A stretch of 64,000 bases of DNA, taken from assembly GCF_964194025.1 (NCBI RefSeq), contig NC_134472.1:21204001-21268000 (forward strand), read 5' to 3'. The notes under the pieces were generated by a model. The model did no database searches, had not been told where the DNA came from, and saw nothing but the letters and a program-made list of their open reading frames with translations. Both the position numbers and the translations under genes were made by a program. Origin of the DNA: Convolutriloba macropyga. Taxonomy: Eukaryota. Below are positions 12,236-24,719 of the stretch, in pieces; positions within the stretch are counted from its first letter, which is position 1, and each line of letters begins with the position of its first letter.

Positions 12236-13010
12236 TATGAAATAAATTGAGATCCAGCTTTAAATTGTGTTGATTTCTAGGTTTGTTGATTACAGTCTGT
12301 TTATGCTTTTTGAAATTGATGATCGGGATAGCGATTGGCACTCTTAACATTGCTAGAAGAAGCCGCTTAAATTTGGCACCCTATTGTCGCTGTATTGAAT
12401 TTGAGTGTGTGTTACGGAAGTTACTTATTTTTAGGAACTATCTTCGGTTAGAACCAGCTGAGTTTACGATTTAACTGAATTTATTTTTTCTCAAAGCAAC
12501 TTCTTTAGAACAAACAAGATTATGACAAACTACAGGTGCATTTATTTACCAAATGTACGTTATTATTGGCTCTCAAATGCAACATTTGAGTCTTTACCAG
12601 TATTTTTAATGCGATTTCCGTCCGATTGTGTTCCATCGAGTATTTGGAATGATTAACTGATCAAGCCCGAGGATATTACATTGACTGGCAATTTTTCACT
12701 TTAGCTTTTTATGGTGAATTTGCACGGTGTATAAAAATAGCTCAGATGGCAGAATTTAAGGTTTATAGGCCGGTTTTTGAAAAGTTCGGCTGAGTGTATT
12801 GCAGTCATTAATTGCTCTCAAACAAAGTTTGTAGCAATTATATTAGTCTTTTTTACGCGATTTTTCGTGCTACCGACTTTTCCTGCTCAAAAATGGGATA
12901 AACAGGTAGCGCCCAGATATAGCCTTTCAGCTCATTAATCTCCAAGTATGCGATTCACTGTTTTGTAGACGTATACTCATGGTGTGAAGGGTTGTTCTTA
13001 AAGTATGTTT

Positions 13011-14020
13011 AATAGCCGCGTCAGCAATTCAAGGCAGCTATTATTGCGGTCCTAATTTTTAACAATTCAAAGAATTTGAATTGTATTGGGGCGCTGTCTG
13101 TTTTTAAAGATCTGTTCACACATTTTCATGATTTTTGAAATCAAATTGGAGTAGTGATTTTGGTCACGCCGAAACAGGAGATGGAGCGAAAAGAGAGCGG
13201 TTTTGAGGCGTGAATTTTTTTGCTCTAATTTTAAAGTAGAGTGAGAAAACAGTGTTTGAACAAAAATTCCCTTTCTCGCTAGTGGTTATTTGTTCACATG
13301 CGGCAATTTCACTTTGGTTTTTACTGTTTTTTTAATTTTTGGATCGGATTTTTTTTCTGAATGGTTTTCCCAATCCATTCATAGTTCATTCTAGGCCTAG
13401 TTTTTTGTTAGAATCGAATTTTGCTTTTCTCGCTAGTGGTTTTTTGTTCTCGCTAGCAGCATTTTGACATTGATTGTTTTTTTTGTTTTTTTGATCTGAT
13501 GTTTTTAGAAATGGTTTTCCCAATTTACTCATAAGTTGTTCTATGTCTAGTTTTTTTTTTAGTCAATGAAAATTCTTTGAATTGTACGTCAGGACTTGTC
13601 CTGCTATGTTTTTTTACTTCGTCTTACCCTGACTTCTTGGAATTGATTTTTTCAATGACTTACCTCACTCAAAAAATTGACTTCTGAACGAACTCACTTA
13701 CGGAACTTGAAATTTTATGAACATTTACTCATTAAAGGTCAATAGTGTGCATCAAAAGTAGTGCCAAGCATATATGCCCTAATTCTTGATTATTAGAGTC
13801 TTGAGTTTTTCATTTCGAATATTAATTTTGAAAAGCCCTATTAGGGTTTTCTCCCTATAGAGCTTATGTGTCTCATAAAAATGACAGTTGAAGCTAACCC
13901 AAAAAGTCTAGTGGTCTATTAAAGGTCGGGTGGTCGATCTGTCTACTTTAGTTGTTTGAATTCATGTAACGCCGCCGCAAGCGTCTATCGCGGCTATTTT
14001 CCGGCAATCTACCGGCTATG
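13011..14020 (+). mobile_element. HINE-like family Z element with nested family X element (13062-13608)
   Basis: 5' AATAGCCGCG; 3' TCGCGGCTATT + CCGGCAATCTACCGG + CTATG. X has a 16-bp subTIR pair ACAATTCAAAGAATTT / AAATTCTTTGAATTGT followed by CAGGACTTGTCCTG-CTATG. Confidence 0.8.
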
Positions 14021-14823
14021 TTTTAGGTATTTTGTCTTTTTTGTATGCTCGACGAATGTTCAAAACAAATATAAATTAAATTTCTTAATTCTGCTCCTCT
14101 GTTTTTGATTAGCTTTTGTCAAATGGGTGCTCATACCTTTTAATAGCTCTCGAATGTTTACAGTAATTGTTGTGGTTGTGTTAGTATAACCAATATTTGC
14201 CTTATGACTGGACTGGGGCTGGCACAATGATTTCTACCACCGAAAAACTAATTGCAACCAATTTTTAATTGCTCCCGTCGAGAAGCAATTATTGTAAACG
14301 TGTGCGTCTTTTTTTATGCAAAATTTTTGCTTGACCGTTTTGACTTTTCGAGTGACTCTTACGCCCTTGACGTTTTGCGTGATCTAAAATTCCCTCTCAA
14401 TCACAATTTCATGAACCGTAACTCAATTGGTGGCAATTTAATACTCAAAGGCAAATGAAAAGTGCAGCAAAGCTGGTGCCATTGTTCACTTTAAATCTTA
14501 ACAGTGGTATATATTAACCTCTAATGTGGTTATTTGAAGCCCACTATTGAACCTCTTAGTCCCATTTCGGCTCCCCCCACCCGATTGAAGCAGGCTGCAG
14601 TTGATTAGAGCTCCCACTGGTCGTTCGAATGCAGTTCTTTTGACATTTGGTCGGTTATGTTTTTGGCTAATTTTCACCAGTATAGGATAACTTCTGAGGG
14701 TTAAGTTGACTGGTGAAATTGAAGTAGTCAAATGGCAGCTGTTATAAGGTGTACTCCAGAAATTAAAAGCTACTTAGTTCCTAGAGTCCCATTAAAGGTC
14801 TTTGGAAAAAATTTAAAAAAAAA

Positions 14824-15374
14824 CATAGCAGGACAAGTCCTGACGTACAATTCAACCAATTGTGATTGACTAAACAAAAAACTAGACCTAGAATGGACTA
14901 TGAGTGAATTGGGAAAACAATTTTGAAATAATCAGATTAAAAAAATTTAAAAAAATTGAAAATTAAAGTCAAAATGCCGCATGTGAACATAAAACCACTA
15001 GAGAGAAAAGAAAATGTGGTTCAAACAAAAAAACTAGGCCTAGAATGAACTATGAATGGATTGGGAAAACTATTTAGAAAAAAATCCGATCCGAAAATCG
15101 AAAAAAACAGTAATCAAGGTGAAATTGCCGTATGTGAGCAAAAAACCACTAGCGAGGAAGCGAATTTTTGTTCAAACACCGCAAAACGCAAGAAAACCAA
15201 AACGCAAGAAAACAAAAAAATTTCACGCTGCAAAGCTCGCTTTTTTGCTCCACTTCGTGATTCCGCGTGACCAAAATCACTACTCCAATTTGACTTCAAA
15301 AACCATGAAAATATGTGGACAGGTCTTCAAAAGAAACTACCGAGCCCCAATACTATTCAAATTCTTTGAATTGT
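14824..15374 (-). mobile_element. Family X element in inverted orientation
   Basis: Reverse complement of the 13062-13608 family: catagcaggacaagtcctg at the left, caaattctttgaattgt at the right, both flanked by A-tracts. Confidence 0.8.
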
Positions 15375-16185
15375 AAAAAACCTATCTTAGACACCAGAAG
15401 CCTTAAACTTTAAAAATTTTCAAAAATTTTTTTTGTAGGTTTTCTTTTGGAGCCCTAAAATGATTTGAAATTTAGCGCTATAAAAGAGCACTCCAAAGTG
15501 ATTTTTTGTTGACCTCACTTTTTTTCACCTGTGCAGTATGAGGGACTGAAACAGCAAGCGTTTCAAAATTTTTGAGGAAAAGTTGTTACCTGAAATAGTC
15601 TGAAATGGATTTTGCGCTATAAAAAGCACTCAAAGGTGATTTTTGTTGACTTTTTTTTCACCTGTGCAGTATGGGGGGTTGAAACTGGAATTTTTTTAAG
15701 TGGGCGCTAAAATGGTCTGAAATGGATTTTGCAACGTTTTTTGCTTTACCGTTTTCTTTACGTTTAAGCAATTTCGAGATTTGCGTTACCTAAAATGTTC
15801 TCTCATTCGCTATTTTACAGTTGAACGCAGTTGGTGGTAGTTGATTACTAAAAGTCAAATGAAAAGTGCGCCAAAACCTGTTTCTTTTTGTATTATCATC
15901 TCAAATCTTGGTCTATAATTGCCTCTAGTGGCGTTATGTGAAGCCCCCTTAGTATACGGGCAGACAATAGAATTGAGCCCCCGCCATGCATTCGAGAGCT
16001 GTTTGGTGCAATGTTAATTGGTTATGCCTGTTATATTTTTTCACTCCTAATAATCAAAAGCCCTTTCGGTTTTCTTTCACGCATTTTTGTTCAAATTGTA
16101 CAGCTGCTAAAATTTTATGCTGCCTCTATTGATATTGATAATCAAGATATTAGCGGGGCAACTGTTATAAAAGTTAGTGCTAATT

Positions 16186-17709
16186 AATAGCCGCCCTTAG
16201 GTCAGTCGGCTTTTATAGCGGGCTTATTTTTTTAACAATCCAAAGTTTTTGGCTTGTGTTGTTGCGCTGGATTTTTTTGATTTGTTCACACTATTGATTT
16301 TTTGACGTCAATCAAAGGTCAAATTAGTAGATTATCTTCAGTTTTTGAGACGGATTTTTTTCACATGCGTCAACTTGACTTCTTTTTTTCAGTGTTTCTT
16401 CTCTTGAGCGCTATTAATAGGATACATATACCTTCTAATTGCGCCTATTTGCATTAGCTTGAATTAATCATCGGGAAGTTGATGCTTTTTTTTTTACTTT
16501 TACTCAATTGGCATAAAAAAATTAGCAAATAATTGAATTGCCCCCTTTTTAATTTTCTCCTGTCCTATCACTTAGTATTTTTAATGACAAGTCTTGCTTG
16601 TTGCTAATGAGAAACAATTGAACCTAATTAATGGTGTGAGTTCACAGCTAGTGGTTTTCTTGACTTTGACACTATTTCTTCTCAGAAACTTTTTAGTGAG
16701 TTTTTGAGGTTTTAGCGTATTTTTTTTTACTTTTGTTGACTTATCATTTTAGGGACAAACCTTATAGATTGCTACTAGAGAAATTGGTGGATTTAATGGT
16801 TTCAATACAAAGCTGGTGATTTCTTTGACATTGCCGCTATTTGTTTTGTTTACTAAGAAGTATTATCGAATTATCGAGTTTTCCGAGTTTGTTTTCTTGA
16901 CTCTTAGGCTCATTAATGACAGGTCTTATTGGTGGCTCTTTATACCTAAATAAATCGAATTTATCGGTTTGGTTAATAGCTTTGATTAATGATGAAAAAT
17001 GCCCTTAATTAGTTCTTAGCAATCCTTTTTTTGGACACTTTTTTTTCAAAAAATGAAAATTGGTTTTTTAGTCTGTTATTGTTTTGTTTGGGTTCTTACT
17101 GCTAAGTCTCAAAAATGATCTCTAATTGGCCTTCTAGTGCGACATAAATTTGGCAAGTTTATTTGCTCCAAAGTTTAGCTAGCGTTTTTACTGACTGCGA
17201 TACCGTTTGCTTTCGAAATATTTAAGCGAATTGTGAATCTTTCTTTGTTCTTTTATTGTCCCTTTGCAGCCATTGGAACTGCCAAAGGGTACTTTATTAC
17301 TTTTAAGTTTTATGTTATGCTCTGTTTAAGCATTTTTGTATTTAGTTTTGTGATAGTTTTTCTTTGATGCCACTGATTTTCAAAAAATATTCTAATTTTC
17401 CAATTTCTGTTTTTGCGTTTTTTGCTTCGTTTGTCATTGCTTCCCACAAGGTTGTTATATTGTGTACTCATTCTGAGGATGCGTGCAATCAATGCTTTGA
17501 TAAAGTGTTAATTTGGGTTTTGTTTCTGATAACACTAGATTTTTTTGAAAACAACATTTTCTAATTGTTTTTAGATTTCTTGATCATTTTTCCGCATATA
17601 GGGTCATGTATTTCTTTTACCCGTCTTAGTCTGGCGTTGTTTTAATAAGGTTAGTTGTCAGATTATTAGTTTATTCAGTTTTTTGTAAATCAGGACTTGT
17701 CCTGCTATG
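16186..17709 (+). mobile_element. Degenerate family Z 5' end followed by an old family X element
   Basis: aatagccgcc...gcgggcttatt, a T-tract, acaatccaaag at about 16235, and caggacttgtcctgctatg ending at 17709. Confidence 0.5.
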
Positions 17710-18901
17710 TTTTCTTTTACTGCTTGGCATAAAAATTTGTCTCGCTTTTTAACAGCTTTTTTAATATATTGCGTGAAATTTTTTGACTTCTCTATCCGAG
17801 TGTCACTTCTCTCATTCTGCTCCAAGTGCTTTTAACCGGCTGTTGTTCAGAAGAGGAATCTAAAAAGATTGTAGTCAATACTGAAAAACGAATCGAAAAA
17901 TTGAAACGGGATAAAGCCTAGTTTTTGATGCCCGCTTCTTGAACTCCGTTTTCATAAGTTTTAGTTGCTTCCTCAAATGCTTTTTGTTTTCGATACTAGT
18001 CCCTGTATTCTCTTATTATGAAAAATTAGTAGGCCTAACTACCGAATGAGATAAAAATTTGGCTTTGATTTTGGGAATTTTGCTTTTGCGATTTAGGTTT
18101 TCTTCGTATTTTGTTTCTTCCTTCTTTGACAGGTTTTAGCCGTAAGTAATTTTCTGATATTAAAGAAATTAGTGGTCAAAAATAGAACATTTTTGTGTTT
18201 GCCTTGTTTTTCGTTTTTAACTCCCTCTGCTCGTTTTCATGTGACTAGAAAAGGGTGTTTTGAGGGAGGAGGTAATAAATAAATTTTCGATTTAAGCTTG
18301 AAATTAGTTTAAAAACTATCGTTGATTTCTGCGTTTTTGCTTTTGCTTTTTTTGTGACAGATATAAAAATATGCCAGCGAATTCTTTTATCGAGCTTGAT
18401 AATCGAGATCAAATGAGACAAATTTTGAGATCAAATGTTATGAAGTGAAAGAATTTAGCAAATCACATTCTTACATTTTTGAAATATTTTTAAGAAGTGG
18501 CTTTGTTCAGACGCTTTTTGGCTTTTTTGTTTATCGCTTTATTTTCTTACTCTAGGTAAGACAAAACGATGTAAATAATGGTTTCAAAGTGTACGATCCC
18601 ATTAATGTCGGGAAGTTATATGCCTAAGAACTGTGCAATTACTAAATTTTGAAACATGTCGAATTAAAGAAAAGGTTTGATCTGGACTGAATTAACTCTT
18701 CTGATGTGGATTTTTAACTCACTTTATGTTCTCGATCGATTACCAACACCCTAAACTTCTTATCAATATTAGGATGGTACCAGTAGTTTTAATTTCAAAA
18801 TGCCCATTGCCAAGTACAATACTGACGGTTCGATTTTTGAGAGTAGAGAACTATCAGCTTTGGTTTTTCTTTAGTTCTCAGCATTCGTTAAATTATTTAT
18901 T

Positions 18902-19377
18902 AATGGCTGCGATAACGATTGTTGTGTGGGGCTATTATTGGCCTTCTGTTTTAATTTTTATTTTGGCGTCAAGATTTATGTTGCACCCTGTGCCGTTACG
19001 CTCTGTTCAAATCTGCTTCTTTTTCATTCTTTCATGCAATCTCGACTCAAGTGGTTGCGTGACGTCATTTTCAGTGTTATTGGAGAGAGTGTGTTGTTGT
19101 TTCGCTTCATTTTGTTTGGTCACACCTGACTTTCCTCTCTGTCCAAAATGACATTCCTCACTCTCAAAGACTTTTGCTTACTTTAATTGAAAGAGAAAAG
19201 ATCAACTGAGTCTTTTTAGTCTAATTGAAGGTCCTTTCAGAGCAACTAATAGAAATAACGCAAGTTAAACAATTTCTTTAAAAAAATCAAAATATGACAG
19301 CTCAGCAATGAGTACAAAAAACAGCAATTAGTACTAGGAAGCTATTGTAGCTAGTTTCTGGCAATCTACCAGCTACG
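18902..19377 (+). mobile_element. Diverged family Z element without insertion
   Basis: aatggctgcg...ggctattattggccttct at the 5' end and ctggcaatctaccagctacg at the 3' end; homologous to 10004-10501. Confidence 0.6.
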
Positions 19378-19479
19378 TAGATGTTTTGAGTTTTGGTGTT
19401 TATTCGACTGTGAACTATTCCAAAATAAATTTAACCATTTTTCAACTACAAGTTAGATATGCTTGGAGTAAAAACAAAG

Positions 19480-19791
19480 AGGAATGCCTTACAATTTTTT
19501 CACATCAACAGAAGTGTCATTTGTTGCATTTTTTAATGTGCAAAGTCATATAGATGGGCCGCATTTGAGAAAAATCAAGCTAACCTCAAACAATTCAAGC
19601 TGGCCTGTACAAAAATTTCAAGCTGGCCTTAATGCCTTAAAAGGAATGCCTTACATTTTTTTCACATCAACAGAAGTGTCATTTGTTGCATTTTTTAATG
19701 TGCAAAGTCATATAGATGGGCCGCATTTGAGAAAAATCAAGCTAACCTCAAACAATTCAAGCTGGCCTGTACAAAAATTTCAAGCTGGCCT
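19480..19791 (+). repeat. Near-perfect tandem duplication, 2 x 162 bp
   Basis: aggaatgccttaca...caagctggcct starts at 19480 and 19642. Confidence 0.92.
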
Positions 19792-20138
19792 GAATTTCCT
19801 AGCCCGAATTTGGCTGGTTTAACCATTGATAGGAAGTGATAGTTGAGCAGTTTCGACCCTTTTCGGCTGTTTTATCGTTTCTAGATCTTTCAAATTTTGA
19901 CTTTGGTTGGGCTGGATACCCCCATTTCTAGTTGCAGTTGCTTGAATTAAAGTTCAAGCATGGGGCCAAAAAAGAAAGGTTTTGGTTAGACTAGAGTTAG
20001 TCTTAAAAACACCTTCGTTTTCAGCTTTTTGTTGCCAATTTTTTGCTAGACATTAATGTCTTTGTATCTTGTATAATTGGTATGTCGTGAATGTCAGTTG
20101 ATAGTCTGTGAACAATTGGTTAATTTTCAGTGTTTGTA

Positions 20139-20205
20139 ATGTTCGGCCAAAGCAACGTGACGCAGAAACCTGGCGGTTTATTTGGAACTGGAACCGCTGG
20201 AACAG
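20139..20205 (+). CDS. NUP62: Nucleoporin Nup62, coding exon 1
   Basis: ATG at 20139 giving MFGQSNVTQKPGGLFGTGTAGT(G). Donor gtacgt at 20206, phase 1, compatible with the acceptor ending at 20526. Confidence 0.82.
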
Positions 20206-20526
20206 GTACGTTGAGATTTAGCTTAACGGAAGATTCATCAAATCCCCCCAGCCCAAAGTTTCATTTAGCTCATTAAGAAAATGTAAATATTACTTCGATT
20301 TTGGCTAGGAAAATTGACTTTCTCACGGATTTTGTTTTTAGTTCTGATATTGTGTCTTTTAACATGTTTCCTCATTAGTAGTCGCAATTACGCATTGTTT
20401 GAACGCTATAACGATTTCTGAATGGACGCTAGTGCCGCATTATGATCTTAAATGGTGTCGATAAAAGTCAGCAAACTTAAATTCCTGAGCTTAGTTTTCA
20501 TGAGTGACTTAGAGTGCTCTTTTCAG

Positions 20527-21902
20527 GTCTATTTGGCGCAACTACGTCTGCTGCACCCACTGCTGGTGGTCTCTTTGGCACCCAAAATGCGAACACCGCC
20601 CAGTCCACCGGTTCTTTGTTCTCCAAACCGGCTGCAACGCCCGGCTTCTCGCTCACTGCGCCTGCTGCAAGCTCTGCAGCATCCACGGGAGTAGCCACTG
20701 GCGGATTGTTTTCGACGCCTGCGACGAGTAAACCACCGAGTCTGTTTGGTCAGCCCCTGGCAAATGCAGCAGCCGCTTCTACTATATCAGGAACTGGCAT
20801 GGGGTTGCAGCTTGGACAACAAAAACCCACTGGCACTGCGACTCCAGTGTTGTCGAGTATTCTGGGTGGAACCGCGAGTTCGGCGTCAACAGCTAGCACT
20901 GTGCCCTCATTCGGTGTGTCAACTTCAGCACCGAGTAGTCAGCCGAGTGTCGGGAGTTTGTTCGGGACGAGTGTTTCAAGTTCAGCGACCACACTTGGTG
21001 GTTTGGGAAAGAGCTTGGTCGTCTCCCAGCCCGCTGCTGGAACTCCCAATTTCTCATTTGGGATTCCAAAAGCATCAACTACGGCTGTTTCTTCAACTGG
21101 TGGAGGGTTGTCCTTGAATATCTCAGGGGCTGCTGCATCGAGTACTACTGGAGCAGTTAGCAGCACGGGCACTAGCTTGTTCACAGGTGCTGCCGCTGCA
21201 ACATCTGCGGCTCCAGGACTTGGATTGAGTTTAGGTGTGAAAACTAGTACAAGCACTGCTGCTCCATCAGTCTCAATACAGCCAACTGTAACCACAGTCT
21301 CGCTTGGAGGCTCCACGACCGTGGCTCAACAAGCAACTGGCAAGGAAGTAACGTTCAAGCAGCTGGAAGAAAATGTTAGCAAGTGGAACGATGATTTAGA
21401 CGAATTGGAACGCCAATTTCTGGCTCAAGCTACTCAAATTAATGCTTGGGATCGATTAGTTTTGGAGAATGGTGATCGTATCACAGCTCTGAACGAAGAA
21501 ATCGGAAAAATCAAATCAAATCAGGACAAACTGGACCACGATTTGGACTTCATTGGAACTCAGCAGAAAGATCTGGAGGAGTTCATCAACAATTTGGAAG
21601 GATCTCTGGCAAACAGTGCAATTAGCCAACCACAAGATGCGGCCGATGAACAAAGACGAGATATTTTTGCGACAGCTGAAAACGTCGATTGTCAGCTTAA
21701 ACAAATGACTCAAGATCTGCGAGAGGTTATTGAACGTATCAATGCTTCGACACAAAGCGATGAAAGCTCAGTGGTGTCACCATTCGGTCAATTGGAGCGT
21801 ATTCTGAACGCACATGTTGATTCACTTAATTGGGCGGACCAGAACATTGAGAATTTAGCTAAACAAATTGATCAAATTCAAATTCCAAAAGTGGCTAACT
21901 AA
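20527..21902 (+). CDS. NUP62: Nucleoporin Nup62 (Nsp1-like), main exon
   Basis: S/T/A/G-rich FG region followed by the Nsp1_C coiled coil TFKQLEENVSKW..ERQFLAQATQINAWDRLVLENG..LDHDLDFI..ILNAHVDSLNW. AATAAA at 21966. Confidence 0.95.
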
Positions 21903-22962
21903 CTTGTGAGTTTTGCTTATGGGAAATGATGGAACCCTTTTGACGAGTTTTGTTTTTGTGATACCAATAAAAACTGATATTTATGATTTTCTTGAAGGAT
22001 GTGTTTGACTATGTGAATAGAAGCAATCGTTATCTGTATATTAGATCACTGCTGTCGAAGTATCGAGACAGAAATGAGGCCGATAGGCCACAAGACAGCT
22101 CGTGAATGGTTGTCTCAAACATCAGTAATGAAGAGTTGAACTGTGTTGAAGTAGCTTCAATTTTATTAGGAAGATTAAATTAATTCTGTGTCTGTTTCAG
22201 AAAATAACCCTTAATTAGTTAGCTCCATTTTTAGTCAAACGTTGCAAGCTAATTGGAGCCATGTCTGCATATTTTTTTTCTAGAAATTTAGGAGAAACGC
22301 TTATAATACACACGCATTAAATCTTAGGTTTTAGGACAATCGACGCTTAAAATTGGAAATATTTTTTTGTGCTTTTCTCAAGTGATTAAATATGCTGATG
22401 TTCTTGTTTAGAAAGCTCTCTTAATTATCAATTCTTAAAGATGATTGTGAAATTGAACCCCGATTTATTGACAATTTATTGGATCTAATTTGAGCTTGAA
22501 CTAGGAATAGCCAGAACTTGAGTTTTTCTAATTTTTTGAATTTTTAACATGACTCCTATATTTATTCCGTTGACTGAAAACCTCCATCAACTCCAGATTA
22601 TTGAAGGGGCTATTTTTGGCGAAAGTCACAAGATACTGGAAACAATTAATAGAATATAAGCATGTTTTTGTGCTTTTTTCAAGAATTTATGGTTTCTGCT
22701 GGTCTAGTCTCAAAAAACACATTCTTTACTTTTTCGTTTAAATCAATTCTCGAGTTAACTAAGACATGGGCTTGAGCCTAAGGGTAAATGGTCACTGAGA
22801 GTTTTAAATAATGAATCGAAAAGCTTATTTTTAGTGGCCATCTTTTCGCACTTTTAGTGTGTTTAGGTATCTTGTGACGCCTACAAAATAAGGATTTATG
22901 TCAAATTCATTTTGTCTTATTGTCTAGAGAAGTTTTCTTCGGTAATTTTTTTGTACGTCAAG

Positions 22963-22993
<31 letters not shown>
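22963..22993 (+). repeat. (TC)n microsatellite
   Basis: About 15 TC units seen directly. Confidence 0.9.
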
Positions 22994-24719
22994 GTTTATT
23001 TGTGTCCGGTGACCCTCTTAGACAAAAGAAGTTAGCTAGAAGGTATTGTTTAGGTTAAAAACAAAAAAACATCTTTAGAATCGAGTTTTTTCAAATTCCA
23101 GCGTTCTTTTTGCTTTTTCCGTTCTCATAAATAATGAATTTTAGCTCGGTTTTAGCTATGTTGGGAACCTATTCAGCTTTAACAATTGTACACTTGATTT
23201 TACTTTTACATTATCGAACACAAAATTCACGCTTATCTGTTTATCATTGAATTCGTCAGCTCTCTTGGGGGAAAGCATTTTGTTTTTGGGATCGAGCGTG
23301 GGTTTTATCAGAGTTTAGTTCTGTCCTTATTTCAACGATTGAGAATTTTTCCGCGATCAAATTTAATTCCTCAGTCAGCTTTTGAAAAGTTAAACAGTTA
23401 GCAATCAGACATTCCATTGTCTCATCAGCTCCATTGGGTTTTCTTGAAGTAATATTTCTTTCATGCAATGAAAATATGATCCTTTGTAATATGCTATTAG
23501 AAATGTAAATGCTCCCAGAAAGCTGATCTGTACTCCCAAACAAAAACGGAATGATCAATTTAAAACGATGAAATTGCAGTTTTCGGTTGCTTTGAATTAT
23601 TGATATTGGTACTGGTTTTTTCTGTCATAAAAGCAATTTTTCGTTCTTTGCGGCAAGATAAGTTCCATCATCTCGAAATGGTGGAATTCCCCCTAATTTG
23701 AATATTTTGTCCTTTCATTTTAAAATACATCTTGATATGATTTAGACTAATTGTTGTGATGAACTCCTCTCCTCCCCATTCCAATCAGATGCGCATGAGC
23801 GTAGTGACATCAAGATTTTCGGTCTGGAAGAGGGCCCCGTGCGATGAAGTAGTTAATATCGCAAAGCTGATGTGAGTGAATATCATAACGACTGATATTA
23901 GTGTATGTTGCCGGCTCACAAGCATACGAGGTAAAAAACTTAATTGTTAAGTTTGTCCAGCGGTAAACGATGTTTGAGATTAAGCGAAGCAAAAGGAAAC
24001 TGAAAGAAGGCCAGCATTAAGCCTACATCAATTTTGACGTGTCACCTTTGAGATTAAAGATGGCTGCCAATTACATCAAATTTTTGGCAAATTTAAGCCC
24101 CTGGTAAGGCCGTACCGAACTATGGAAGTCTAATGATATCTTCTGCAGTTCATATCAATAATCAACCAGAAAAACGTTCAACTCCAGAAATCCATTAAAA
24201 AGGTCAAAACAGATTTCGTTTCAAAGAAGACCAATGTTTACGTATTATGTCTCAAAAAATATTAGCTGTAAACTGAAGTTCGGAAAAACATACATGTACT
24301 AAAACCGTTCGGGACTCTTCTTCAAAATGGATAACGAACAAATTAAAAATAGCATAAATAGCGGAAGCTCTACGCTATCAAGACGCTCGACGCTTAGCTT
24401 TCAAGACTAAAGATGCCATCAGAAGCAACGCAATAAAACACAAAAAATATTGAGATTAGGCACAAAAGACTGATTACTTTTATTGAAAATTTAGGGCGCC
24501 AAAGAAGTTCTACACAGCGCTAAATTCACTTTTTGATCAACAACGTTGTCGAAACCAACATAAACAGATATTCTTGAATCATTTCTCAAACCAAAAATTT
24601 CCGACGATTTCGAAATAGCCAATGCGTTCAATGATGCATTCACGGCACGGATACAGTTGGGCACCTGATTGGTCCTCAGTACAACGATCATTGCCTTAAG
24701 AAGGTTTCCTTTTGTGAAC

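Noticed and set aside
15052-15376. Paralogous small ORFs at 15052/15056 and 50358/50498
   Set aside because: Chance frames in family X repeat copies, disrupted in other copies, with no recognisable domain.
19484-19822. 112-aa ORF with an internal repeat
   Set aside because: Product of the 162-bp tandem duplication; no other sign of coding.
20498-21755. Antisense and alternative-frame ORFs over NUP62 (likewise over CIAPIN1, GLO1 and the Ig receptor)
   Set aside because: Shadow ORFs of real GC-richer coding sequence.
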